This document shows, piece by piece, positions 24,033 to 35,879 of a DNA stretch of 64,000 bases (positions within the stretch are counted from its first letter, which is position 1; each line of letters begins with the position of its first letter). Location of the stretch: the IMG/VR virus record IMGVR_UViG_3300031555_005249; one strand, written 5' to 3'. Below the pieces are notes generated by a model. The model saw only the letters and a program-made list of their open reading frames with translations. It was not told the DNA's origin and did not search any database. The stretch is from a virus. A program made the position numbers and the translations under genes.

Positions 24033-25244
24033 ATGGCTAAATATCATTGTAATAAATGCAATAAAGAATTAGAAGAAATTAATTTTTATAAGTATAGAGA
24101 TGGTAGTTATGTAGAACTTTGTAAAAAATGTTTGACAATGCATGTTGATGTTTTTGATCCTAGCACTTTTACATGGCTATTAGAAAAATTAGACGTTCCT
24201 TATATCCCTCAAGAGTGGAACGCAGTAATTGAAAATAAAATGGCGAAAAAGCCAGATAAGCCTATTTCACATTCTGCTGTATTTGGATCTTATTTATCGA
24301 AGACTAAATTAAAACAGTGGAAGGATTATTATTGGGCAGATAATGAGCGTATTCAAGAATTATATTATCAACAAAGCGCGCAGGCTTCTGCGGAAAAGGC
24401 TGAACTTGATGCGATGTATCAGGAGTAGTTTGAAGCGGGTCAGATTTCAGAAGCATAGTATAAAACTCTTACCTCCCCAAAGGCGCGCAATGATTCTATG
24501 ATGGCGGCGCTTAGCGCAGGTGGCCCTTATTTAGGAGAAAATAACTCTTTTAATGAGAATGATTTTATTGATGACTCTGCATTACCCGATTTATCTGCGC
24601 AAATGACACAAGAAGAAAAGATTACCTATGCAATGAAATGGGGTAAGTTATATAAGCCTAGTGAATGGATAGAGCTTGAAACAGATTATCAAAAGATGAA
24701 AAAATCATTTGATATTCAAGATGCAGACTCTGAAAATACATTAATTCTTTTATGTAAAACAAATTTAAAAGCTAACCAAGCTATTGACTGTGGCGATATC
24801 GAAGGCTTTTAGAAATTATCAAAAGTATCTGAATCATTGCGTAAATCAGCTAAGTTTACAGCAGCGCAAAATAAAGAACAAAAAGATGATTATGTAGATT
24901 CTATTGGATAGCTTATCGCTATTTGCGAAAAAGATGGTTTTATTCCAAGGTTTGCGACAGATATACCTCAAGATAAAGTTGATATGACTTTACGAGATAT
25001 GAATGAATATGTGCGTAAGCTAGTTACCCAAGATTTAGGCTTTGGACAACAAATTGAAGACTCTTTAAAGAAAATTATGATTCAAAATGAAATGAATCGT
25101 GAGGCGGAAGCGCGCCAGGCAGAAGAGGGTGATGACTTTGACCCTTATGCGCCAACGGAACTCGAGGATGAAGATATTGTTGCGCATTATGACAATTTAC
25201 TAGAGATGAGACAAAAAGATCGAGATTTACTCGAGAAAGAGTGA
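24033..25244 (+). CDS. hypothetical protein with N-terminal zinc ribbon (CNKC...CKKC), TAG-recoded (about 4 TAG)
   Basis: ORFs 24033..24428, 24498..24812 and 24984..25244 share a frame and are separated only by TAG codons. TGA stop at 25242-25244. Position upstream of the large terminase suggests a possible small terminase or packaging accessory, but this is unverified. Confidence 0.5.
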
Positions 25245-25248
25245 AGCT

Positions 25249-26997
25249 ATGGCAGTTCAAGATCTAATTAATCTCGCCCTTTGTGGAGACCAGAAAAAAA
25301 TAGGGTTGTCAAAAGAACGCATTATGAAATAGATACCAATAGTGCGGTAGTATGTTGCCTATTGGCGCGAATATCCTGATATGTTTGTAGAATTCTTATG
25401 CGGTCCAGAGAACAAAGAAAATTTTTAGTTATTTTTTTATTAGCGTTTATTTTTACGCGCAGTTATGCGTCATAGATATGCCTATGCAACGTTTCCTCGT
25501 GCGTATTCAAAAAGTTTTCTCTCAGTACTTGTATTAATGCTAAGATGTATACTATATCCTGGTAGCCATTTATTCGTTACCACAGGGGGTAAAGAGCAAG
25601 CGGCAGGTATTGCTAAAGAAAAATCAGACGAGCTTTGCAAATTAATACCTGGATTAAAGAATGAGCTCGATATGACAAGAGGTAAGACTAAAACAAGTAA
25701 AGATAATATTGAATTAATATTTAAAAATGGTTCAAAATTAGATATTATGGCGGCGCGCCAGTCGTCTCGTGGTAAACGTGCTACCGGTGGTCTAATGGAA
25801 GAGTGTATTCTTATAGACTAGACCTTGCTGAACGAAGTTATTATTCCTACAATGAACGTAGATCGAAGATTATCAGACGGTTCCCGCGTAGAGGAGGAAA
25901 CTGTTAACAAGAGTCAGATTTATGTGACGACCGCAGGATGGAAGAATAGCTTTGCTTATGAAAAACTTATAGAGTTGCTAATTCGTCAAATTATTTATCC
26001 TGATGAAGCAGTTGTTATGGGTGGAACCTGGCGTATTCCAGTTATGGAAAAATTACTAAAAAAGAGCTTTATTGAAGAACTAAAATTAGACGGAACTTAC
26101 AATGATGCTTCCTTTAGTCGAGAATATGAATCAGAATGGAGTGGAGATGCTGAAAATGCCTTCTTCTCTGCTGAAAAATTTGATAAGCATCGTCAATTAT
26201 TACAACCAGAATACGAGTATTCCGGACGTACGTCAAAGAGTGGATATTACGTACTTGGCGTCGATGTGGGTCGTCTTAAGTGTACAACTGAAGTTTGTAT
26301 TTTCAAAGTCACTCCTTAGGCGCAAGGCGCAGCTTTAAAATCTTTAGTCAATCTCTATTCCTATGAAGCCGAGGACTTTGAAGCACAAGCTATTAAAATT
26401 AAAAAGTTATTTTATAAATACAAGGCTCGTATGATCGCAATTGACGCCAATGGACTTGGAGTTGGTTTAATAGACTTCATGACCAAAGGACAAGAGGATC
26501 CAGAAACAGGTGAATATTTGCCGCCTTTTGGAGTTGATGGAGGCACATCTGATGAGTTTAATGAGCAGTATAAGAAAGTTAAAGGCGCCGGAGTGGAAGA
26601 AAATGCAATGTATTTAATTAAAGCTAATGCGCCTATTAATACAGAAGCTCATACTTACGTACAAACTCAATTGGTTGGAGGTAAAATTAAACTTTTAATT
26701 GATGAAACTTAGGCTAAAACAAAATTAATGGCAACAAAGATGGGACAAGAAATGGATGCGTCCAAGCGCGCCGATTATTTAATGCCATTTACACAAACTA
26801 CAATTTTGCGTGAGTAGCTTTTGAATCTTGTAGAAGATAACGAAGGTACAAATATTATTCTTAAGCAATCATCTCGCGGGATTCCAAAAGATAAGTTTTC
26901 TGCTTTTGAATATGGATTATATTATATTAAGCAAGAAGAAGACCGTAGTCGAAAACGTAAAAAGAGAAATATATCAGAGATGATGTTCTTCTCTTGA
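25249..26997 (+). CDS. terL: terminase large subunit, TAG-recoded (about 7 TAG)
   Basis: Single frame from ATG 25249 through ORF-track pieces 25465..25821, 25825..26319 and 26431..26712 to TGA at 26995. Carries ATPase-like FPRAYSKSF / ILID motifs, YVTTAGW coupling motif, and C-terminal RNaseH-like nuclease Asp motifs (YYVLGVDVGR; IAIDANGLGVG). Confidence 0.7.
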
Positions 26998-27070
26998 TAA
27001 AAATTAGGACAATTTTAAATAAATTATAACTTATAATTTTTATATAACAATAGTAAAGGAGTGAAGAGAT

Positions 27071-27427
27071 ATGAAAGCAAGTCGAGGCGAAATTAAAATT
27101 TGTGATATTTTAACCGAGGCTGGCGTCTCTTTTACAGAAGAGTATTCATTTTCCGATCTTGTTGGTTATACTAAAACCCCTTTAAGATTTGATTTTGCAG
27201 TATTAGACGATGATGGAGAGGTTGATTTTTTAATTGAATATTAGGGTATTCAACATTATGAACCTAAGTCTAAATTTGGCGGAGTGGCTGGATTGCGCCA
27301 ATAGCAATACTACGATATGTTAAAAAGGGAGTATTGTAAAAAACATAATATTCCCTTGGTTTTAATTCCTTATTATGATGAAGGAAGAATAAACTACGAT
27401 TATATCTTTAAGGCCGCTGGCTATTGA
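27071..27427 (+). CDS. small PD-(D/E)XK / DUF559-like endonuclease (homing-endonuclease-like), 3 TAG
   Basis: MKASRGEIKICDILTEAGVSFTEEYSFSDLVGYTKTPLRFDFAVLDDDGEVDFLIEY[TAG]GIQHYEPKS... resembles the D..(D/E)xK core of Vsr/DUF559-type endonucleases. Inserted between terminase and portal genes. TGA stop. Confidence 0.45.
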
Positions 27428-27454
27428 CAAGATTGAAAATTTTGAATATAATAT
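27422..27454 (+). promoter_or_regulatory. plus-strand sigma-70 consensus promoter, TTGACA-17-TATAAT
   Basis: ttgaca at 27424-27429, tataat at 27447-27452. Confidence 0.55.
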
Positions 27455-27469
27455 TTAGAGAAAGAAGAG

Positions 27470-29074
27470 GTGCTTAGTTTGGACGAAAGAATAGAGCAAA
27501 TTCATAAAAAAGGCTTTAACATGAGCACCCCAAGAAGTATCCCAACAGAAGGGAATGTAATTCCTGAATTAGATTATTCACGAATAAAAATAGGAATTAA
27601 GGCGCTTGATGATGCAGTTATAAATCTAGGAGCATATAAAAAACTAAATCCTAATATGACAAAAGAAAGGATTTAGAAGGCAATTGTAACTGGAGATATA
27701 GAATTTATGCGTGAAGCATCTAATTTTTATTTTAAAATAAGTGGTATCTATTCAAGACTATGTAAACACTTAGCTAATTTTTATAGATATGATTGGTTTA
27801 TTACTCCTTATGTTAAAAATGCTACTCCAGAAAAGGTTATTGATGGCTTTAATAAATGGAATGAGTATTTAGATAATTTTGGAGTAAAAGAGAATTTAGG
27901 CGATATAGCTTTGAAAGTATTGCGTAATGGATGCTATTATGGATATATTATAAAAACAGACAATGGCGCTTACCTTTAGGAGCTATTACCAAAGTATTGC
28001 CGCAGCCGCTTTAGTGTCAAAGGGCGCCCGGCGGTTGAATTTAATATGAAATTCTTTAATGACTATTATAGAGATGAAGATTATCGTATTCAAGTGTTGA
28101 AAATGTTCCCTAAGGACTTTCAAAAAGGTTATACTGCTTTTATAAATGGAAAGCTGCCACCTGTTGAGCCGGGGGATACTGCGGGATGGTATCTACTTGA
28201 TCCAGAATGTGCTATTAAGTTTAATATTAATGGCGAAGATTATCCTCCTTTTATTTCAGTTATTCCACATATTATTGATTTGGATGCTGCGCAAGAGTTG
28301 GATAGAAAGAAAATGGCGCAAAAACTTCTAAAAATTATTATTTAGAAAATGCCATTAGACAAAAATGGTGATTTAATATTTGATGTTGAGGAAGCACAAG
28401 AGCTTCACAATAATGCAGTTAAAATGTTGGGCAAGGCTATTGGTATTGATGTATTAACGACTTTTGCAGATGTAGAAGTCGCTGACATGGCTGATAAAAA
28501 TACTGCTACTACTATTGATGAATTAGAAAAGGTTGAAAGAACCGTGTATAATGAGTCAGGTACGGCATAGAATTTATTTAATACTGATGGTAATATTGCT
28601 CTTGAAAAAAGTATTCTTGATGACGAAGCTAATTTATATAATCTTATTCTTTAGTTTCAATCATTTTTGAATTAGCTTATTGAAGATAAGAAAAATAAAA
28701 AATTGTATTATAAAGTTCAAATATTACCAACTACAATTTATAATTATAAAGATATGTCAAAAATTTATAGAGAGCAAAGCGCGCAAGGAGGTTGTTCTAA
28801 GGTTCTTGCAAGTGTTGCACTTGGGCAATCTTATGCTTCAGTAATAGCCACAGCGAAATTTGAAAATGAAATTCTTGATGTATCTAACCTTTTCCAATCG
28901 AAATAGTAGAGGGAAGAGGCAAAAGCAAAAATGAAAACAGATAATAACAAAACTACTAATCCTGCAAATAAACAGGAAGAAGTTGTTGTTGAAAAGAAAA
29001 AAGTCGGGCGCCAAGAGAAGCCTGATGATCAAAAGTCAGAAAAGACAATTAAAAATCGCGAAGCCATGAGCTGA
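27470..29074 (+). CDS. portal protein, TAG-recoded (about 8 TAG incl. tandem TAG-TAG)
   Basis: ORF-track pieces 27470..27676, 27707..27979, 28046..28345, 28349..28570 and 28703..28906 all lie in one frame, separated only by TAG. The frame continues to a TGA at 29072. Size (~530 aa) and position between terminase and prohead protease fit a portal. The start (GTG 27470 versus ATG 27518) is uncertain. Confidence 0.55.
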
Positions 29075-29091
29075 GGAGAGGAGAAACGGAA

Positions 29092-30453
29092 ATGCACAAA
29101 TCAGTTGCTACGATAAACTCTCCTGAGTTTATCAATTTAAAACCACTTGATATTAATCCTTTAATGTCTGCATGTGAAATTAAAGTTTTGTATGTTGGCG
29201 AAAATCGTAATAGGTCATATATAACCAAGGATGTTGCAACCGAAATGGCTAAGACATTACGAGGTGCGCCTATTGTAGGTTATTATAAAGAAGACATTGG
29301 AGACTTTAGAGACCACGGACAAGAAGTTATTATTGATAACGATGGGATTAAATTTAATTGCAAAACTGTTCCTTATGGTTTTGTAGCTCCAGATGCAAAG
29401 GTATGGTTTAAAGAATTTGAAGATACTAATGACTTTGGAGAAACTATTTTGAGAGAATATCTTATGACTACAGGATATTTGTGGACTGGCCAATTTGAGG
29501 AATGTAAATCTGCTGTTGAGGGCGATGGCAAGCCGCACTCGATGGAATTAGATGAAGCAACCGTTAAAGGACATTGGGAAACAAATACCAAAGGCATGGA
29601 TTTCTTTATTATAAATGACGCAATTTTTTCAAAACTTTGCATTTTGGGCGACGATGTTGAACCTTGTTTTGAAGGCTCAAGCATAAAAGCACCAAATGTT
29701 AGTGCGTCTTTTACGAAAGTAGATGATACTTTCAGACAAACATTATTTACTATGATGCAGGATTTAAAGACTGCATTAGGAGGAGGTCAGCAAATGATAG
29801 ACGCTATCGTCGATAATGCTGTAGTTGAAGAGCCTATTGTAGCGCCTGCGGCAGAACCTGCTGCGGAACCTATTATCGAGCCTGAAACTCCAGTAGAACC
29901 TTCTTTTGCTGCATCACAAGAGCCAGCTGTTGATACACCTGCAGTGGTTGAAGAGCCTGCGGCAGAACCTGTCGTAAATCCTGAAGACCCTGCTCCTGTA
30001 GATCCTGAACCGGCGCCCGCGCCTTCAATAGAAGAGCAGTTTACTGCACTTCAGCAGGAACTTGAGGAAGAAAGAACTGCACACTCTGCGCTTGCAGAAC
30101 AGTATGCGCTACTTCAATCTCAGTATAATACCCTTTCAGCTGAGCACCTAGAACTTGTTGAATTTAAAAGACAAAGTGACGATGCAAAGAAAGACGAAAT
30201 GATTGGAAAATTCTATATGCTTAGCGATGAAGATAAGGCAGAGGTCTTATTTAATAAAGCTAATTACACTGTAGAAGAAATTGAAGAAAAACTTTCTGTA
30301 ATTTGTTTCAGAAAAAAGGTCAATTTTGAATTAGAGGATAACTCTAAAAATAATAATAAAGTAGAGCAACCACCTGTGACATTTAATATGTCCAACCCTG
30401 GTGCTTCAATGCCTGCTTGGTTACAAGCAGTTGAAAATGCAAAAAATAAATAA
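29092..30453 (+). CDS. prohead protease (HK97-family) fused to scaffold domain
   Basis: N-terminal region is HK97-type prohead-protease-like. The C-terminal half is Pro/Ala/Glu-rich followed by a coiled coil (EEQFTALQQELEEERTAHSALAEQYALLQSQYNTLSAEHLELVEF). No TAG across 453 codons. RBS GAGGAGAGGAG. Confidence 0.6.
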   Translation: MHKSVATINSPEFINLKPLDINPLMSACEIKVLYVGENRNRSYITKDVATEMAKTLRGAPIVGYYKEDIGDFRDHGQEVIIDNDGIKFNCKTVPYGFVAPDAKVWFKEFEDTNDFGETILREYLMTTGYLWTGQFEECKSAVEGDGKPHSMELDEATVKGHWETNTKGMDFFIINDAIFSKLCILGDDVEPCFEGSSIKAPNVSASFTKVDDTFRQTLFTMMQDLKTALGGGQQMIDAIVDNAVVEEPIVAPAAEPAAEPIIEPETPVEPSFAASQEPAVDTPAVVEEPAAEPVVNPEDPAPVDPEPAPAPSIEEQFTALQQELEEERTAHSALAEQYALLQSQYNTLSAEHLELVEFKRQSDDAKKDEMIGKFYMLSDEDKAEVLFNKANYTVEEIEEKLSVICFRKKVNFELEDNSKNNNKVEQPPVTFNMSNPGASMPAWLQAVENAKNK

Positions 30454-30473
30454 TTTTAAGGAGGACATATAAC

Positions 30474-30971
30474 ATGGCTACTATTAAGCGTGTTGGATTT
30501 GGTCAAGTCGAGCCTAATCATCTTTCCGCTCAAAGAAATGGTCAAGTTTACGCTTCTCTTCCTTGCAATAAGGATATTGCAATCCTTGAAAATGGTCAGT
30601 TTGTAAAATATGACTATGCAAAGAATGAAGTTAACTTTACTGGCGAAGGCGAGTGGATGCTCGTTATGAATGAAGTCAAGCTTTATGATGACTTCTGGAG
30701 AGAGTCTTACAAAGATTTTGCTCTTATTAAAGATAATTATAATAATGGTGTTATGGCGCCTAGAGTTTTAAAGACTATGCCTGGCGACATTTACACAACA
30801 AACTGCCTTGAGGACGCTAATACCTCTGGCAAAGCTACTTTCACTGGCACAGAGGAAATTGAGGTTGGCACTGAGCTCAAGATCAATGCTAAAGGTTTCC
30901 TTTCTACTAATGGAACTAGCGATATTGTATTCCAAGTTGTAAAAGTTTACACAATGCCTGATGGCCAATAG
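30474..30971 (+). CDS. head decoration / minor capsid protein
   Basis: 165-codon ORF between the protease-scaffold and major capsid genes. No TAG. RBS AAGGAGG. Confidence 0.45.
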   Translation: MATIKRVGFGQVEPNHLSAQRNGQVYASLPCNKDIAILENGQFVKYDYAKNEVNFTGEGEWMLVMNEVKLYDDFWRESYKDFALIKDNYNNGVMAPRVLKTMPGDIYTTNCLEDANTSGKATFTGTEEIEVGTELKINAKGFLSTNGTSDIVFQVVKVYTMPDGQ

Positions 30972-31016
30972 GGCGTCAAGGTTATGCGTATTAAATAATA
31001 AGGGAGGGATATAGTA

Positions 31017-32069
31017 ATGGCATTAGATAGAAATAGTTTATTTACATTAGGTCACCGCGTTGCTGACGCTAATCCTTCTGCTCCCGTTGCTTATTCTTTT
31101 GAGGATAAGAGTTATAGCTATGCAGATTTAAATAATGCTTTCCGTGCAGAGCTTAAGGATCTTATTGGTACATATGCTCTTTGGAGAGAGAACCATAATA
31201 CAGTTTATACTCTTATGGAGGAAATTATCACTGATAAGCTTCCTGCTAAAGTAATGCAACAATATGGCGCATTTGCTGAAGTTAAGACATATCGTCAAGG
31301 CGAAAAGCCTGTATTCGTTCAGAGAATTACCGAGGCTTCCAAGAGACGTGCAAAGCAGTTTATTGCAATGCCTGCAGGTCTTGCTGGTCGTTATGAGGTC
31401 TTTAAGCTTGATGGACGTAGCTACGAAGTAAAGACTTCTGCAATGGGTGCAGCATGTCAGATCGCTATTGAGGAATTCCTTGATGGTAGAATTGATATGG
31501 CTACAGTTCTTGATATTGTTATGGAAGGTATGGATGATAAGATCTATGCTGAAATCGCAAATGTTCTTATCGCTGCTGTTGAGAATATTCAAGATGCTAA
31601 CAAGGTTCTTGCTGATAGCTTCGTTGAGGCTGAAATGGACGCTCTTCTTGCAGTTGCGGACACTTATGGAAACGGTAGATCGACGATTTATTGTACATTT
31701 GAGTTTGCTTCTCAAATGCTTCCTGACAATGCTTGGGATCAAGGAAGAATGTCTGATAGTATGAAGGATGAGTACTGGAGAAATGGTCGTCTTGCAAACT
31801 ACAAGAACCATCAAGTCATCGTTCTTCGTCAATCTTTTGTTGATGAAACAAATACTGAAAAGGTTATCGATCCTTCATATGCTTGGATTATTCCTGGCGG
31901 CGCTGAGAAGCCAATCAAGATCGCTTTCGAAGGTGATACAATGATTAAAGAAGAAGATAATGAAGACTGGTCTAAGAGCATCCACTTCTATAAGAAGGTT
32001 GGCGTTGCGGCTATGATCAACAATGATATCTGTGTTTATAAGAACAGATCTCTTAAGAAAACCAGATAA
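31017..32069 (+). CDS. major capsid protein (HK97-fold candidate)
   Basis: 350-codon ORF directly after protease/scaffold and decoration genes. No TAG. RBS AAGGGAGGGA. A terminator hairpin follows. Confidence 0.6.
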   Translation: MALDRNSLFTLGHRVADANPSAPVAYSFEDKSYSYADLNNAFRAELKDLIGTYALWRENHNTVYTLMEEIITDKLPAKVMQQYGAFAEVKTYRQGEKPVFVQRITEASKRRAKQFIAMPAGLAGRYEVFKLDGRSYEVKTSAMGAACQIAIEEFLDGRIDMATVLDIVMEGMDDKIYAEIANVLIAAVENIQDANKVLADSFVEAEMDALLAVADTYGNGRSTIYCTFEFASQMLPDNAWDQGRMSDSMKDEYWRNGRLANYKNHQVIVLRQSFVDETNTEKVIDPSYAWIIPGGAEKPIKIAFEGDTMIKEEDNEDWSKSIHFYKKVGVAAMINNDICVYKNRSLKKTR

Positions 32070-32085
32070 TTAAACTTGAACTTTC

Positions 32086-32121
32086 AGAGGGAAGAGAAGA
32101 AGGTGGGTCTTCCTTCCCTCT
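32086..32121 (+). terminator. terminator / attenuator hairpin after capsid gene
   Basis: AGAGGGAAG...CTTCCCTCT 9-bp stem with a weak T-tract. Confidence 0.4.
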
Positions 32122-32155
32122 TAAATTCTAAATGGAGATAAAAGGAGATATAATT

Positions 32156-32734
32156 ATGTTAAATAATACTGATAAAATCAGAGTAGAAAATCGCGCAAAT
32201 GCGATTGTTTGTTACAGAGTACCAGAATCTAAGGTTATTAGACGTTTTGAGCCAAAAGAAACAAAAGAAATTCCTATGGGCGAATTGCGTCAAGCAGTAC
32301 AAATCCCAGGTACTTATAATCTAATAGCTAGTGATTTGATTCTGCATAGTAAAGAAGCTGTTGAAGAACTAATTCCAGATGCAGAACCTGAGTATTTTTA
32401 TGATAAAAATGATGTTCTTTTTCTTCTTGAAAAAGGCACTTTAGATCAACTTAAAGATGCATTAGATTTTGCGCCTGAGGGTGTTATTGATCTAATTAAA
32501 GAAGAGGCTGTTCTTACAGAACTTAACGACATGAAGAAAAGAACTGCAATTTTTGAAGCTACTAATTTTAATGTAACTAAAGCAATTGAGCTTAGACATG
32601 AAGCGCAAAAGGAAACTAAAGTTGAAACTAAGACCAGACGTGCGGCGCCAATCGGTGAAGCAGAGACTGAAGAAACAACTCAAGCGCCTGTGCGCAGAAC
32701 GGCTATGCCCAATAAATACACTATTGTAAAGTAA
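32156..32734 (+). CDS. hypothetical structural protein (head-tail region)
   Basis: Internal ATG (MLNNTDKIRVEN...) with RBS AAAAGGAGATA. No TAG, TAA stop. Confidence 0.5.
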   Translation: MLNNTDKIRVENRANAIVCYRVPESKVIRRFEPKETKEIPMGELRQAVQIPGTYNLIASDLILHSKEAVEELIPDAEPEYFYDKNDVLFLLEKGTLDQLKDALDFAPEGVIDLIKEEAVLTELNDMKKRTAIFEATNFNVTKAIELRHEAQKETKVETKTRRAAPIGEAETEETTQAPVRRTAMPNKYTIVK

Positions 32735-32752
32735 TATTAAGGAGGTGTTCGT

Positions 32753-33229
32753 ATGCCAGTAACATCAACACCTTTTTCCGTAGTGCATGATAGATTTTTA
32801 TCGAAAATAACTGACGATATGTATATGGAAATTACTCCAGAAGAAACCGCCGCAGCATTGAATGAGCTTCTTGATAGCGCAATACCGTGGTTTGAATTTC
32901 CTAGGGTTAATTTAAACGATAAAACAAATGAAGTATTTAATGCTTCATTAAGTGATGAAGAAATTAATATTCTTGCTATATATATGATAGTCGAATGGAT
33001 TGGATATCAATTGGCTAATATTGAATTGATTCGTATGAAGTATAGTGGAAGTGATTTTAAATTTACTTCTCAAGCTAATCATATGCACAAGCTTAAAGAT
33101 ATGCAAAAGGAATATGAAAGAAAAGGATTCCATTTGCAAAGACTTTATAAACGGAGAAAAGCAGATAGTAAAGGTATTATGAAATCTACTTTTGGAAGTA
33201 TTATGGAATCTTCTTTTAAGGAGGACTAA
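32753..33229 (+). CDS. hypothetical head-tail connector-region protein
   Basis: ORF-track ORF, RBS AAGGAGG, no TAG. Confidence 0.5.
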   Translation: MPVTSTPFSVVHDRFLSKITDDMYMEITPEETAAALNELLDSAIPWFEFPRVNLNDKTNEVFNASLSDEEINILAIYMIVEWIGYQLANIELIRMKYSGSDFKFTSQANHMHKLKDMQKEYERKGFHLQRLYKRRKADSKGIMKSTFGSIMESSFKED

Positions 33230-33231
33230 AT

Positions 33232-33543
33232 ATGCTTTTAAAGTATGATTATAATATAGGTAAAGAAGCAATAAAAATTAGTTTTACTCGATTAACTAAT
33301 TAGATATATAAGCTTCTCCCATTGCGTGAAGAAGGGAGCGATTGGCGCAAACCTTTAATCACAATTATGGAAGAGCTTTAGGGTATGAATAGGTTATTTC
33401 TCGATCAATAGCCTAATCTATATAAATTACTTTGTAAATTAGAAGGACTATTTACTCTTGATTCTGAAGAAGATTTTATGACTTATCGTGGAATCATTTT
33501 TGAGTGTCTGAGTATTTTAAGTGAATTACAACAATGTCTTTAA
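33232..33543 (+). CDS. hypothetical protein, TAG-recoded (3 TAG)
   Basis: Own translation MLLKYDYNIGKEAIKISFTRLTN[TAG]IYKLLPLREEGSDWRKPLITIMEEL[TAG]GMNRLFLD[TAG]QPNLYKLLCKLEGLFTLDSEEDFMTYRGIIFECLSILSELQQCL then TAA. Confidence 0.4.
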
Positions 33544-33596
33544 ATAATTTAAAAACAAGATTACAATATCATGGCGGCGCCAAGTAGATTGATCGA

Positions 33597-34523
33597 ATGA
33601 CGGAAGATAAGAAAAGAAGTTTGAATAAAGCTTTATTATATTCTTATTAGTCAGCTACTGCAATCCTTGAAGATGGGCGCGAATTTAGATGTCTTATTAA
33701 TCCAAATAAAATTAGTATGGAAGCAGATGATAAAATGTTATCTATTCCATTTGAAGATATTTGTTTAAATAAAGAAAGGCCAGAAGGAGAAAAAACTTCT
33801 GAAGGAAAAGAGATTATTGGAGTTAAAAGTGGAAGTCTTATTCAATGGAAAGAGAATGGAACCTATTGGTTAGTATATTCACAGTATCTCCAAGAAACTG
33901 CTTATTTTAGAGGCTTGATGCGCCAATGTGATGCCGAAGTAGAATGGGAAGATGATAATGGTAATAAACATCGTCGTCGAGTATATCTTAAAGGCCCTGA
34001 TGAAAAAGGTATCGATTGGCAAAAAACTAAGAATTTTATTTTTAACGATTTAAATTATACTGTAGAAATTTATATTTCTAATATATAGGAAACAAATGAG
34101 TTCTTTCATAGATTTAAAAAAGTAAAAATTCAAGGAAGACCATTTGAAGTACAAGCAGTCGATGATTTATCAACAGATGGTATCTTGACTGTTTATCTAA
34201 AAGAAGACTATACGAATGTCTGGGAAGAGGTTGCGCCCGAGGCTAAAGAAGAAAATGCTGATGCCTTAAAGGGAAATGATGTAACAACTCCCGTAATCGA
34301 AGGTCCTACTGAGGTATATCCATACGATATTGTTGAATATAAGGTGCGCAATAGTGCGCCTGGCGCGTGGGTATTGAGTAATCATAGGGCGCAGATTATC
34401 GAATCGAATGAGTCTTCTGTTAAAGTTGAAATCACTACAGGTAAAAGTGGTAGTGTTAGTTTAATATATAAAATTGATGGTATTAATGATATTATTCACA
34501 ATATCGAGATATTGTCATTATGA
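33597..34523 (+). CDS. hypothetical head-tail / tail-completion region protein, TAG-recoded (2 TAG)
   Basis: ATG at 33597 is in frame with ORF-track ORFs 33717..34088 and 34185..34523 across two TAG codons. TGA stop. Confidence 0.45.
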
Positions 34524-34540
34524 GATAAAAGGAGTACACT

Positions 34541-35131
34541 ATGAAGAGAGATACAATTGCTAAACCTTTAGAATCATCCTTTCTTTCATGTGAACGTGAT
34601 ACGGAAACTATATTAAAAAAATTATTTATTGATAGCCGCCAGCACAGTAAGATTTTAAAACGATTACTTGTTGTTACAAATAACGATTGCTTAATTGATA
34701 CGAGTGCAAAATATCAAGATGCTGAAAATATGAGTATTAAATAGCTTATTGATCAAGGATATATTATTACGTCTCCAGTAATAAAGCAAAATGAGCATGA
34801 ATAGTTAAAGGCGGCATTGGTGATTAGTTTTGACAATTTCTTGCCAAATGGAACTAATCCAGAGTTTAGAGATTGCTCAGTAAATATTGATGTATTATGT
34901 CCTCTTGATTGTTGGGATTTAACTGATTATCAACAGCGACCTTTTAAAATTGCGGGTTATGTTGATGGTATTTTAAATAAGGCAAAATTATCTGGAATAG
35001 GAGAACTAAATTTCTTGGGCGGCAATGGGCCAATTATAGATGGAAACGTAGGGATGTTTTCTTTAATCTATCGTGCTGTGCATGGAACCGATGATATCCT
35101 TCCAGATGATGAATATCATGGCACTGAATAA
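34541..35131 (+). CDS. hypothetical protein, TAG-recoded (2 TAG)
   Basis: ORFs 34541..34744 and 34817..35131 are in one frame across TAG codons. TAA stop. Confidence 0.45.
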
Positions 35132-35879
35132 TGAGTTGCTCTTACTCTCTGGAGCAGATATTCCTTTTGTCGAAGGCACGGTAACAATTCATTAGCCTAC
35201 GATATATGAAATCTCTTTAATTGGAGAGGAAACATTATTTACTGGTTGTGAGTTGTTGAGGTTTTCAAAAGATATGTTAAATTCTGAGGACAAAATTAAA
35301 TTATCTAATTATACTGATTTTAATATATTAATGTCAATAATGAATGATAAAAGTGGGTCAATGATATTTAATATATCTTGTGCTAAATAGGTGTTAGATT
35401 TAATCTTTCCCTTTTATACTGTTGAATTGGCGCCCAATGCGATACTGCTTGTTGACGCTAATGATAAATTTACACAATGCGGTGAAATTAATGATACTAA
35501 TTTCCTTGTATTTAAAGATGTTCTGACTCAAATGTTTTGTTTGAAAAGGGCATCGTCTACACAAGATTATAATGTGTAGGGTGAGTTAGCGAAGAAAATT
35601 GCAGACAAATTTAAACGCAGACAAAAATAGCTTGCCGAACTATCTGCGAAACCAAACAAGATTGCAATTTTTAGTAGATATATTTCAATATTAACAGTTG
35701 GAGAGCATAAAGATATGAATTCTTTTATGAAATACACTGTTTATCAATTATTTGATGAGTTTTAGCGCTATGAACTTAAAACGGGATATGATATTTATTT
35801 CAAAGCTCGTACGGCTGGCGCTAAAGACATAAAAGAGCCTGAAGATTGGATGAAAGATCTCCATAATGAAGGCGCTTAA
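35118..35879 (+). CDS. hypothetical tail-region protein, TAG-recoded (about 5 TAG)
   Basis: Own translation from ATG 35118 (MALNNELLLLSGADIPFVEGTVTIH[TAG]PTIYEISLIGEETLF...) passes through ORF 35391..35579 to a TAA at 35877. The start overlaps the upstream gene. Confidence 0.4.
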
